64,000 nucleotides of DNA, from NCBI GenBank assembly GCA_000004985.1, contig GG738917.1. The stretch is one strand, 5' to 3'. The stretch is from Naegleria gruberi (Eukaryota). Under the pieces are notes generated by a model. The model made no database searches and was not told the origin of the DNA. It worked only from the letters and a program-made list of their open reading frames with translations. Below, in pieces: positions 40,121 through 51,900 of the stretch; position 1 is the stretch's first letter, and each line of letters begins with the position of its first letter. A program made the translations under genes and the position numbers.

Positions 40121-43100
40121 TTGCGGAGTATGAAAAATGTTTGCGCAAAAGTGAATCATTCAAAAAGTCACAAATCAACTCAACCAGACGTTTTTACTTT
40201 TCACATTCAAAAACAAAAAATGCGACGAGAGGACTGGTTGGTCCAAGCAACATGCGTTTTGTTCCAATTGTTGGCTACAGTACTATTGTGTAGTACTACT
40301 AACGGCCAAACAATCCAAGACGATCTCTATATTGTCCCAATTGCAAAAATCAATGTTCCAGAATATGGATCAGTATCATTCTATCCACAAGTCTACTACT
40401 TTAATTCAAGCTATTCTTCAAGTTCATTGCAAGTCTCTTACTCGATGGCAGATGGCTCAGCATTGAAAAGTGGCATGACAGTTTTGAATGGTGTATTGAA
40501 CTTTTATTCAAATCCTGCACATGTTGGTCAACTCAGTGTGTTGAGAAATGTATCTTATTATAATAGTGAAAACAAGTTTATTACAATTTCACATGTGACC
40601 ATATTTCAAGTCATTCCAACACCAACACCAAATCAATTATCCTTACTATTTTCAGATGATTTTTTAGGTGGTGATTTATCTAAATGGTATTTATTAGATG
40701 GCACTATGAAACTACAATCAGCTCAACTAAATATTTATCAAAACAATACGAAACTTGTGACTGTTAACAGTTTTGATTTAACTAATCAATTGGGTGTAAC
40801 CTTTACATTCAATTTATTGACCACATGGACAGCTTCTAGAGGAATTCTTATTTATGTGGACAAGTTGAATTATTATGAAATTAACTTGTCAGGTTCTTCT
40901 TTTACTATTACTCGTTGTGTGAATGGAAACCCAACAGTGATATTGCAAAGCACCAAGCTATTACAAGTTCATGCTGCAAATTATTATTCAAGTTATAAGG
41001 TTTATTTACAATATACCAAAGAAGGAATGATAATTACTATTGCTAAAATTGGAATATTGGCAAGTGATTATGTTCTAAATGTAGTTGATAGTTTTACTAA
41101 TATTGATGTATTCAAAAGTGTTAAATTGGGTTTTTATGAAAAAACTGTCGACTCTCCATCTCAATCAAATTTCAAAGTGTTACAATGTAAAGTTTACAAT
41201 GGAAAATTAATGCATTCCAGACAAGGTGTAACTTATCACGTTGATGGTAAAAATGGTAATGATTTGAATGATGGTCTTTCTAGTTCAAGTGCCTTCAAAA
41301 CATTGAATACAGCTCAATACCAATTATTACCTGATGACACTCTATTAATTCATGATTCAATCTATAGAGAAAGCTTTCAAATTAATAGACAAGCATCCGT
41401 TGACCATCCAATTACTATCAAAGCATTTAATCAACCAACCACAACATCCACTTTTACAACAACACCTTACACTCACACAGCTATTCTTGACGGATCGCTT
41501 GTTTTGGATAATTCTAAATTTAAAAAAATTACCAATTCAAACATTTATCAAATTGCACTGAAATTTACACCAGATGTTGTCTATCAAGATAATGTTAAAA
41601 TGAGCTTGGCAATGAAACCACTTCCAAGTAATTTACAAGATGAATATTTTGTTGACAATTACATTCATCCTAAAAACAATTCAATTCAATCATCATCTGA
41701 TAATTCAATGATTTATTTACAATTGGATGACATGTTCAAATATGATCAATTTGGTAGCCAGGCTCCAGATGATTTCTGGGTTGGTGCCATCTTTTATCAA
41801 TTTTACAAGGCAGGTGTCTATGTTATAACACGTAAAATAGTATCATATAATGCTACTACTAATACCATTGGATTGCTTTATAATGACTTGCCTGTTGTAA
41901 CAAGTGATTCGTATGCTATTGCTAATCATATCGGTTGCTTTTCACAAGCTGGCCAATACGTTGTGAATACGAACTTTATTTCAGTTTCATTAAGTACTGA
42001 CCCTACCGTATCTCAAACAATCCTGGAGGTTTCTGCACTGGACAATGGTGCTAAAATTGTTAATGGAATGGAGGGAATTAACCTTCAAGGTTTAATGGTT
42101 AGAAAATATCTAAGTGATGGAATTGTGTGTTCTGGTGGTTGCACAAATTTGGTAATCAGTAATTGCTCTGCCAAATATAATGGTGGATCTGGTATTAGTT
42201 TAAGTTATTCCTCAAATCTACTAGTTGATGGTGGTGAAATGTCACAAAATTTCAACAATGGAGTTAATTTTGGAGGTGCTGTAAAAGATTCCACAGTACA
42301 AAATACCTATACTCACAGAAATATTAATAATGGTATTTGGGTTGGTAATGCAGGAACACCTCTATTCTATTGTGTGAATATTCTATTGAAATCTAATAAG
42401 GTTGGTCCTCAAAATAGTGAAAGACTTCATCCAGATAACATTCAATTGGCCAGTGCTGATAATATTACACTCGAATCGAATATATTAACACAAGATGGTG
42501 ATCAAAATATGTGGATGGATAAGAATGGTCTTGTAATATTTAAGAGAAATATTATCATTGGTGGACCACTTGGTGTTAATAATGCACAGAGTGTTGTAAT
42601 GTTCAACAATGTGTTCTATAATTCTTATTTGAGATTTGCTGTTGCACCAGTTGGTCCATTTGTTGGACTTGATAATATTGCTGATTGGTCTGACATGTTC
42701 AATAGTATTACAGATACCAATTCACAATCTATTGCAAATATTCTTGTATGGTCAAGTATGAATTCACAATTATCGTCTACTATCAAATCCTATTCATCTT
42801 ACAAATCATTAACAACTGCAGATAAGACTGCTATTATTGATCAAATTAACAGTGTTATCAATAATACTTCTTTTATGGCACAATTTAAGGATGTAGTAAT
42901 CCCTTTTTTAGGAAAAGAGCATGTTGTGGCCTATCCATACTGGAATGCTATGACTAAACGAGGATTGATGGATAAATCAACTGGTAAACTCACAAACAGC
43001 AATAATGAAACAATTTACGAAGCTAAAGGTTTAACACGTGCTATTTTGGATGAAGTTTTTGATGGAATTATTTACAAAGGTCCAATTACCTTCTATCCAA

Positions 43101-43612
43101 GAATTGTTTCCATTAAGAATAATGCTTTCATTGAATCATTTTTACAATTACCTTCCACAACATACAGCTTACTACCATATTGGGAATCCAATTTCAATTA
43201 TATTGAACAACCTGCCTCGTATCATGCCAATATTTGGAAAGCATTAGCTGGCCCTAATACTGTATTCGAAACATCAGCTAAAAACACTACTCTCTACTTT
43301 AAGAATATGACAGCATATGATTTCCACTTGAATTGTAATTCAAATATTACACTTATTGACAAAGGAACCAATGTTGGTTTACCATATTATGGTCAAGCAC
43401 CTGATATTGGACCTTATGAATCCAACTGCAATAATGAAATCAATCCAGTCAATCCAGTCACTCCAAAACCTTCCATTTCAACTAATCCTCAAATCTCAGC
43501 AATTGCTTCACCAAAACCAAATCAGTCACGGGTTGTTTCTTCAACTACAATGCCTGAATGGAAAGTGTTCTATTTATTGATTGGTTTGATTATCTCAATG
43601 CTTGTGCCTTAA
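40121..43612 (+). CDS. Large membrane-anchored protein with right-handed parallel beta-helix (pectin-lyase-fold) repeats, and a C-terminal TM.
   Basis: Signal anchor LVQATCVLFQLLATVLLCSTTNG. Beta-helix repeats (NGMEGINLQG..., GGCTNLVISNCSAKYNGGSGISLSYSSNLLVDGGEMSQNFNNGVNFGGA..., NGIWVGNAG). C-terminal TM WKVFYLLIGLIISMLVP. Confidence 0.65.
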   Translation: MRSMKNVCAKVNHSKSHKSTQPDVFTFHIQKQKMRREDWLVQATCVLFQLLATVLLCSTTNGQTIQDDLYIVPIAKINVPEYGSVSFYPQVYYFNSSYSSSSLQVSYSMADGSALKSGMTVLNGVLNFYSNPAHVGQLSVLRNVSYYNSENKFITISHVTIFQVIPTPTPNQLSLLFSDDFLGGDLSKWYLLDGTMKLQSAQLNIYQNNTKLVTVNSFDLTNQLGVTFTFNLLTTWTASRGILIYVDKLNYYEINLSGSSFTITRCVNGNPTVILQSTKLLQVHAANYYSSYKVYLQYTKEGMIITIAKIGILASDYVLNVVDSFTNIDVFKSVKLGFYEKTVDSPSQSNFKVLQCKVYNGKLMHSRQGVTYHVDGKNGNDLNDGLSSSSAFKTLNTAQYQLLPDDTLLIHDSIYRESFQINRQASVDHPITIKAFNQPTTTSTFTTTPYTHTAILDGSLVLDNSKFKKITNSNIYQIALKFTPDVVYQDNVKMSLAMKPLPSNLQDEYFVDNYIHPKNNSIQSSSDNSMIYLQLDDMFKYDQFGSQAPDDFWVGAIFYQFYKAGVYVITRKIVSYNATTNTIGLLYNDLPVVTSDSYAIANHIGCFSQAGQYVVNTNFISVSLSTDPTVSQTILEVSALDNGAKIVNGMEGINLQGLMVRKYLSDGIVCSGGCTNLVISNCSAKYNGGSGISLSYSSNLLVDGGEMSQNFNNGVNFGGAVKDSTVQNTYTHRNINNGIWVGNAGTPLFYCVNILLKSNKVGPQNSERLHPDNIQLASADNITLESNILTQDGDQNMWMDKNGLVIFKRNIIIGGPLGVNNAQSVVMFNNVFYNSYLRFAVAPVGPFVGLDNIADWSDMFNSITDTNSQSIANILVWSSMNSQLSSTIKSYSSYKSLTTADKTAIIDQINSVINNTSFMAQFKDVVIPFLGKEHVVAYPYWNAMTKRGLMDKSTGKLTNSNNETIYEAKGLTRAILDEVFDGIIYKGPITFYPRIVSIKNNAFIESFLQLPSTTYSLLPYWESNFNYIEQPASYHANIWKALAGPNTVFETSAKNTTLYFKNMTAYDFHLNCNSNITLIDKGTNVGLPYYGQAPDIGPYESNCNNEINPVNPVTPKPSISTNPQISAIASPKPNQSRVVSSTTMPEWKVFYLLIGLIISMLVP

Positions 43613-43831
43613 TAAATCAATTCGAATTTCATTTATTATTTCAAAAATTGCAATCTAATCCGTCAAATAAACCAGTTCCCTGCTCAGCACTTCAAGGTTG
43701 AATACCATTTACATTTTCCAGAGCTGGATATTCTCTTACTCGTTTAGATTGCCTAATCGACAAAAAGCTGTAACATTAATCAGAAAGAAAAAAACACGTG
43801 TTCGCTCTTCCTCAAATCAACTTTAAAAAAA

Positions 43832-45525
43832 ATGGATGGACCACAGTGCAATACCAAGTTGATGGTTTTTGTGGGTTTTTGGATTGTGTTGATGGTGATT
43901 ACTGTTTGTTGCTATGCAGAAAACGAAAGCGATGGAACCTATGCTGAAATTGGACTTTCGATTGGAAATACGAATTGGAGAGCTGCTGTTATGGTAAATG
44001 GCAGTTTGGAATGGATTGTGGATAGGAATGGAAATGTAGATCATCCCTCTTTTGAAAATATAAACAAGATTATTGTGAGCAATTATAAAATAATTAAAAG
44101 CAGAGATGGTTATTTATTGGAATCGAATAACAACATTTTTGAAAGAAATGGAACAGTTTATTGTAAAGTTAAATTAGATGATGGAATTGAAAAGGAAATG
44201 ACACCAGAGGAAATTTATTCGGATATTCTACATGATGTGAAAGAACTTGCTTTCCAATATTTGAAACGAAACATTACACATATTTTCCTTTCAGTACCAG
44301 CATATTTTAAACAAACTCAAGAAGATTATATCATACGAAACGCAGCTTCAAAACACAATTTAACAATTGTAAGATCTGTTCGAGATCCAATCATGGCTGT
44401 ACTAGCTCAAGACCATTTCCAAAAGATCAATAACAATTATACGAACGATTCAAACGATGAAAGAACTTTTTTAGTTGTGGATTTGGGAATTAGATCATTG
44501 GCTTTAAATATTGTAAATGATGATTTTGGATTTTATGAAATACTTGCTTCAGAATCCTATGGTCAATTGGGAACTGAAAGATTTCATATGAAACTGAGAG
44601 AATTATTCGTAAAAGAGTTCAAGAAACAACATTTATTGAATGAACAATCAAATATTTTGGAAAATCAACAATTAATGAATTATTATTAAGGCAAGCTGAA
44701 AAATCAATGATTTCCCTTTCAAAAGAAAATTCTGTGCGAGTGAATATTCCATCTTTATTCGATGGAAAGGATTTCACATTCGAATTGACCAGAGAAATAT
44801 TTGAAAATCAATGCCAAGACCTACTTGAACAAATAGCAGCCTCTGTTTTTCGGCTATTCAATCGATCAGATGTATTCGCAGAAGAAATTTCACAAGTGAT
44901 TCTTTCTGGAGGTGGAACACTCAATCCTTCAATAAGGAGTGCAATTATTGATCGATATTTCAAAGATGGAAATGTTTCGAATATTTTACAAGCATCAACC
45001 ATAGGTGCAGCTCTTCAAGCAGCTGTAGTATATGAACCATTCCAAACTGTTTCTTTAATACTGGCACCATTTTCTCTTGGGATTGAGAATTCTGACAGCC
45101 AGTTAGTGAAAATCATTGAAAGAGGAACAGTTCTGCCAACTGTCAAGAAGATGGTCTTTTCTAGTGAAAGAGGATTTCTTGATTCTGTTGATTTTTGTAT
45201 ATTTGCTGGTGATAACATTTATGAAATGGAAAAGAATATTCAATTAGGTCAATTGACCCTGGAAGGAATTGAGTTGACTAAAAAGGGGAAAGCTCAAATT
45301 GAAGTTTCTTTTGAATTAAGTGATAGTTTCATTCTCAATGTTACTGCCACTGATTTAACAACCAAAGTAAAGAGTGAAAAGATAATTTCTTTGGAAAAGT
45401 TAGAAAGTAATAGGGAACTCACTAACAAACTTGAACAGGATGCTACGAAAGATGGAGAAGAGAAGGAAATAAGAAAATTACTCCATACTTATAATTCACC
45501 AAGTGTTCTCCATGAAGAATTGTAA
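43832..45525 (+). CDS. Divergent ER-type Hsp70 family protein: signal peptide, degenerate nucleotide-binding domain, SBD-beta, and a C-terminal HEEL. The two ORFs (43832-44689 and 44707-45525) are joined by a 1-nt frame shift at about 44645-44690.
   Basis: Hsp70 motif positions: IGLSIGNTNWRAAV (cf. IDLGTTYS), TPEEIYSDILHDVKELAFQYL, FLSVPAYFKQTQEDYIIRNAASKHNLTIVRSVRDPIMAVLA, FLVVDLGIRSLALNIV (cf. DLGGGTFD), ILSGGGTLNPSIRSAI, ASTIGAALQAAVV, PFSLGIEN...LTLEGIEL...AQIEVSFELSDSFILNVTATD (SBD-beta). Ends SVLHEEL. The frame of ORF2 is open back to 44644 and aligns with Hsp70 ...LRTACERAK. Confidence 0.7.
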
Positions 45526-45859
45526 ATAGCCAATTCAATTACAATAATAGATTAGTTTATTTCACTTTAGTATGGACAATATACGGTATGGTCAACTAGA
45601 CTCCATTTGATTGAAAGGAGTATTTTCCTTTGAAAGGAAGATAATGTGGATCACCTAAAGCTTCACATTTCTAACAGACAGACGAATCAAAAAACAAAGT
45701 GTTTGTATTTCATTTTTCGATATAATTTCGTTTCGATTGGTTTCGAATATTTGTACTCCATTGATAGGTTCATACAACCGAACAATTATTTCAATAATCC
45801 ATACTTTACAATATCAAATTCCATCAAAATGGCGAAAAAGAAGAAAACTATAAAAAAAA

Positions 45860-46057
45860 ATGTCTCTTTCATCATTACCCACCGAACTCTTCCTAATCAT
45901 TGCTGATTTCTGCTCTTCCGATGATTTGACGCTCCAAAATTTCTCACTTTTATCACAATGCACCTATCGGGAGATTTATTTAAAGCATCGGAAGATGTTT
46001 CCCATTAGAATGAAGAGATCTATTATGAATTACAAAGGAATAAGATGCTTTCTGTAG
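45860..46057 (+). CDS. Small F-box-like ORF, possibly the first exon of a multi-exon gene extending to about 46546.
   Basis: MSLSSLPTELFLIIADFCSSDDLTLQNF (F-box-like). Downstream ORFs 46216-46341 and 46346-46546 lie in other frames. The structure is unresolved. Confidence 0.25.
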   Translation: MSLSSLPTELFLIIADFCSSDDLTLQNFSLLSQCTYREIYLKHRKMFPIRMKRSIMNYKGIRCFL

Positions 46058-46551
46058 CTAAATTTAAGAGAGGTAAATAAGAAGTGTTAGCTATTTAATA
46101 ATATGTAATAATATATTAAATAGCTAGATCCGATGATGAAGATAAGGAAGATGAAAATTATAATTCTGATGATGGTGATGAAGATGATGAGAAAAACAAG
46201 AATCGGAAGAGAAAATGCAATTTCAAGACATTTCTGATTATATCATGAAAAAGAAAGCTTTTATGGAAGCTCAAGAAACTGCAAAAAGTAAATTATTTGA
46301 TAAGTGGAATGAATATTTGGATATCGTCGAGAGTGGTTAATCAAATTGGACAATGAACTTTTGGCGTTTGATACCTATGCATGTTGTATTCATCGTAGTG
46401 TTGCAAATAACTTTATGGAACAGCACAACCTTAAACTCACAAAACCTCTTAAATTGGTAGAAATATTATTGAAATTACAACCATGGTTTTTCGATGACCA
46501 AGATGTGTGGGATTTTTTTAAACTGAACGTTATTATTAAGGAATAATTTAT

Positions 46552-48674
46552 TTACAAATCAATTTCATCATTCTCTTCCATAATATCAAGAGTTTCCTCT
46601 GCATCTTCTCGTTTAGGTTTGAAAGCCATTTGCTTCTCAGCCAACTTTCTGTAAACACCATTCTCTATTTCAAGTAAGTCATCATGTTTACCCTTTTCTA
46701 CTAATTTACCCTTCACAAGAACACAAATCACATCTGAATTCTTGATAGTTGACAATCTGTGAGCAATGCAAATAGTAGTTCTTCCCTTCATTAAATTATC
46801 CAATGCTTCCTGAACGAGTGCCTCAGATTCTGTGTCAAGTGCTGAAGTGGCTTCATCTAAAAGTAAGACAATTGGATTTTGAATTAAGGCTCTAGCAATG
46901 GCAATTCTCTGTTTCTGACCTCCTGACATGGAGACACCCTTCTCTCCCAATAGAGTATCATATTCATCTGGAAGATCCATGATGAAATTGTGACAGTTGG
47001 CAAGTTTTGCAGCATTGACAATTTGTTCATGTGTAACGTTCTCCAAACCAACAGCATAGGCAATATTTTCCTTAATAGAAGCAGCAAACAAGACAGGTTC
47101 TTGAGTGACAATACCAATTTTGTGGTGGATGAACATTGGATCAATTTCCAAAATGTCAACTCCATCAATGAGAATCTGACCAGCATTTGGATTATAGAAC
47201 TTTTCAACGAGCCCAACAATGGTTGATTTACCAGATCCTGATGGACCAACCAATGCAACGGATTGACCTTGCTTGATATCAAGAGAAAAGTCCTTGAGAA
47301 CTGTAGTATTTGGTCTTGCTGGGTATATGAAATCCACATTTCTAAACGAAATGTTTCCTTTCAAATTCTCAATTGACTTTCCTCCCTTGAATGGAATTTC
47401 TGGCTTTCTCTTAATCACCTTCAACAAGACGGCTTCACTCAAAATTGATTTGGTAAATTCTGGAAAGATAGCAAAGGTCTGAATAAGACTCATCACTGTC
47501 ATGATCATCAAACCACAAACTTTGAAATAATCTCCGAGTGTTGTAAGGCCATCAACAACGTTGTAACCACCGTACCATAATCCAAGAGAGACAGTTCCCC
47601 AAACAATGAAAGTAACTGAGAGGAAAGCAACGCCAAAGCTAAGAGCTTTGAAGAATCCATATCTATTGACAATTGCCATTTGTTTCTTATATTTCAATTG
47701 TTCCTTAATTTCTCCTGTCATACTGCGAACCGTTTTGATAGAGGAAATGATTTCAGTAGCCATGGCCATACCTTTAGTACTTGCTTCGTTGGTTTTAGTT
47801 GTGAAATATCTAATGAATACACCCAAAACCATGATAACTAGGAATAATAGAGGTACAGTTGAAGCAATGACAAGTGACATTCTGTAAGCAGAAACTACAG
47901 CCATTACAAATCCACCAATAACTGTTGCACCGTTTTGAATAAGTGTTGAAACCTTATTTGTGTATGCATCTTGAATCTTGGCAACATCGTCAGACAATAC
48001 AGCTGTCAATGCACCAACCTTCTTAATATCAAAGAATGCCATTTCTTGTGCTGTCAATGCATTGAAATATAATTCTCTAAGCTTTTGTCCAATTCTTTCA
48101 TTAGCCCAATTGAAAAAGAAATGCAACATGAAATTGGCTATAAATGCACTTGCTGCCACAACTGTCAATTTCCATCCAATAGTATTGACACCAGCTCTTA
48201 TTTGATCTTTAGTAGTTGAAGTGGAAGATAAAATGTTGAGTAAATCTCCAACAACAAATTGGATAAAGATTGAAATTACACCAGCACTACAGCACGTGTA
48301 AGAAACATTCCAATAATTTCATTCGAAACTTACCCAATAGCTCCAACAGCTCCTAAAAATAATAACAACAAATTGAATGATCCAAACTTGGACAACAAGT
48401 ACAAGTGATCCTTTACACCAATCTTTGGATCCCTCACATCAGCAACTTCTTCAGTTTGCTCCTGTTCCTTTTGGATTCGTCTTCTTTCTTTCATTTTCTT
48501 AAATGGATTTCTAGAGAGACGAGTTGGTTGAGCAGGAAGTGGAGCTACTTGATTTTCTTCTTGCTCTGCAGCAAGATATTGTTCTGGAACTAAACCAGTT
48601 GTATCTGCAATCATTTCTTTTTTTTGAGTTTCAATAAGAAGAAGATTTGCAGCCACTTTTATAATTCGAAACAA
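46552..48674 (-). CDS. ABC transporter, ABCB-type half-transporter (TMD-NBD). Two exons: 48334-48674 and 46552-48287 (intron 48288-48333).
   Basis: Exon 1 ends ...LGAVGAIG with GTAAGT. Acceptor ctgtag. Exon 2 AGVISIFIQFVVGDLL... contains six TM helices. NBD motifs: Walker A GPSGSGKST, ABC signature LSGGQKQRIAIARAL, Walker B VLLLDEATSALD, H-loop ICIAHRLSTI. Confidence 0.8.
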
Positions 48675-48928
48675 TTCGAAAGTTTAAAGTTGGAACCGGA
48701 ATGTGGAATTGAAATGATGGTCCATTGTTAAGGGTTTATTAATCGGGTTAACGTTATAGTCGCGCTTACTGCAACTGATAACCAACTCAAGAGCGGAAGA
48801 AACGGTGGCGGAGGTATTGAATATGAAGATCTGTAGTTAACAACAATCAATGGTTATATGACCAAACAGTAGATAATATTGTGATAACTTGACCTCAATC
48901 CTTTGTCTGCATTTCCACCATTTTCAAA

Positions 48929-51900
48929 TTGAAATTTCAATATATTTTATGTTTAAAAAAAATGCATCAAGAAAAGAACTTCACGGATGTGCTCATCTCT
49001 TTACATGATATTGATTCCGAAAGTGATAGTGTGAATTTATCTTGCTCTGAATTATTGATCAGCAAATTTCGGCAAACAATATCGGAAAGACTTAAACTAA
49101 ACGAAAGTATTTATGAGCACATGAAACAACTGATAGAGTTGCATGGTGTGAACAAATGTATTCCTTTCGTTCGTGAAAATCCCTTTCCTGATAATGATTG
49201 CACCCTAGCCTTTTTCAAAATCCTTTCTTACTGTGGTTTATTATTGGAATTTGCATCCGAAAGAATACGAAACGATGAAACACTTGCATTGATTGCTGTA
49301 CAGAATGATGTAGATGCCTTGATGGATGTGAGCATTAATTTGAGAGAAAATAGAGATTTTGCTTTAAAAGTTGTGCAATTAGATATTTCAAATAGTTACA
49401 AAAAGAGTACGATGAAATATTTGAACAAATTCAAAGACGATTATGAAATTGTGTTGAAGGCAGTTCGCCAATGTGGTATATCACTTGCAAATACAGCTAT
49501 AAGATTGAGATATGACAAGCAAATAATTGAAGAAGCTGTCAAAAGTTGTGGAACAGCTCTATCCTATGTTCCAAAAGACTTTATCGATAGAAATTTGGTA
49601 ATGAGTGCAATATCATCAGATGCAAAGGCTCTTCAATACGCCCTAAATTTTAAAAACGATAAGGAAGTAGTATTTGCTGCATTTCAAGTGGGTAAAGATT
49701 CTTTTCATTTTGCTTCGGATGAATTGAAATCAGATCGAGAATTTTGTATGAAATTGGTAAAGTTAAATGGCCATACGATTAGATTTTGTTCAGACGAGTT
49801 GAAAAATGATAAGGAGATGGCTATTATTGCTGTGAAATCAGACCCATATTCATATTATTGCCTGCCTCCAAATATGAAGAATGATAGAGAAATATTGTTA
49901 AAATGTGCCTCTATTGCTCTTTTTGACCTACCCTATGATATAAGTAGCGACAGAGAGTTTATGAATAGTTTACTAATTTCAGGAAAGCAATTATTGAACT
50001 TTTTAGAATATTCGGCATTGACAAGAGATTTTGAATTAGAACTCATTGGAAGCAATTGCAATTATCAATATGGTTTATTTGGAAGAATTAAAGAGGAAGA
50101 AGAACTATTCACAAGAATTGTTAACATAGATCCTTCTGCATTCATGTTTGCAACAAGTGATAATATTAGGAACAATAAGCAAATTGTTATGAATGCACTT
50201 TTTTATGAGGCAGAAATTCTCGGTAATATATCAGAGGAATTGAAAAATGACAGAGAATTGTTTGAGCTAGCCATTCGATTACATGATAATGTGCTTTATT
50301 ATGCATCAATGAATTTGAGAAATGATAAAGATTTAGTAATGATGTCAATCGAATATGATGCCTTTTCCTTTCAATACGCCTCTGAAGAATTGAAAAACGA
50401 CAGACAAGTTGCAGAGCTAGCAATAACGATCAATGGCCTTAATTTCCAATTCGCTTCTGAAGATTTGAGAAATGACAAGGAATTTTGCAAACTGGCGACT
50501 CGTAATTCTTACCATTGTTTAAATGAATATTTAGGTGCTGACATGAAAAGAGAAAGGAATCTTATTTTGGAAAATGTAAAGAAGCATACTTCTTTCATTC
50601 CAGATGAATTCAAAGATGATAAGGAAATAGTTTTTGAATCAGTTTCAGTATATGGTGGAAATATTGAACAAGCATCTTTTGATTTAAGAAATGATGATAG
50701 AGAGTTGATACGAACGGCAGTAAGAAATGGCTGTCCATTAAGCTCCTTAGATAACAGAATTATAGATAGAGACCTAGTCTTCGAGTCAATCCTTTATGGT
50801 AGCGCCTTGTGCATCGTGTCCGTTGTTGAGGAATGGCCAGAAATAGTAGATGAGGAAAAAATCATTCATTTTCAAATTTTGAGAGGATGTTGGGATTGGT
50901 TCAAATATTTCAATCCTCTATTAAGAAATGATAAAGATTTTGTAAGGAAATATGTAAAGATTTGTGGCGACATATTGGAATATGTTTCAGAAGATTTTAA
51001 AAATGATAGAGAAATTGTTAAAGAAGCAGTTAGCAACAGTGCAAATGCATTTAAATACGCGTCAGATACACTGAAGAATGACAGAGAAATTGTGGAAGCA
51101 TTGAAGAATGCAGAAGAATCAGTATATTTCATATCAGGTCTTAAAGACAGAGAGTTAGTATTGCAAGCTGCTGAAAAAGGAGTTATTCTAAACACACTCG
51201 AAGAATTTACGTATGATAGAGAAATTGCCTTAAAAACAGTTTCCAAGGCTGGTTCAAAGTTACTTTACCTATCCTACGATCTAAGAAGTGATAGGGAAAT
51301 TGTATTAGAAGCTGTAAAGAATGACCACTCATCTCTTGAATATTCCATGTATGATTCAAGATATGATAAGGATGTCATCTTGAAAGCAGATCTCCCTCTC
51401 AGCCATGTGGTACCAGCTCTAAGAAATGATAGAGAGCTCGTACTAAAGTTGCTCGAAAAACCCCTAAAAAAGTACAAATATCATTTCGATATTATAGATG
51501 ATACGATTGAGCTAGAGTATTATTCTGGATCACAATTCGTGTATCTCTCAGATGAATTGAAAGAAGAATTCAAATCGAATAAGGAAATTATGTTGAAAGC
51601 CATTAAATTTGGGCCAACAGCAATCAATTATGCCTCCAAGGAGCTTCAAAATGATGAAGAGTTTGTATTGGAAGCTGCTCAAATCAATGGTATGGTACTA
51701 AACCATGTACTACCGAAATTTAAACATAATCGAAATGTTGTAATGAAGGCAGTTCAACAAAATGGTATGTCCCTCTCTCATGCATGCAATGAATTACAAA
51801 ACGACATTGAAATAGTTCAAAACGCTCTCAAATCCCATGTTTGTGCTTTTGAATATGCCGGTTATAAATTGAGAGGCGACAAGGAATTTGTATTGGAAAT

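Noticed and set aside
48700-48900. Relatively GC-rich intergenic segment between the divergent ABCB and repeat-protein genes, considered as a possible tRNA or ncRNA
   Set aside because: I could not fold a convincing cloverleaf or find A/B boxes. It is probably a bidirectional promoter region.
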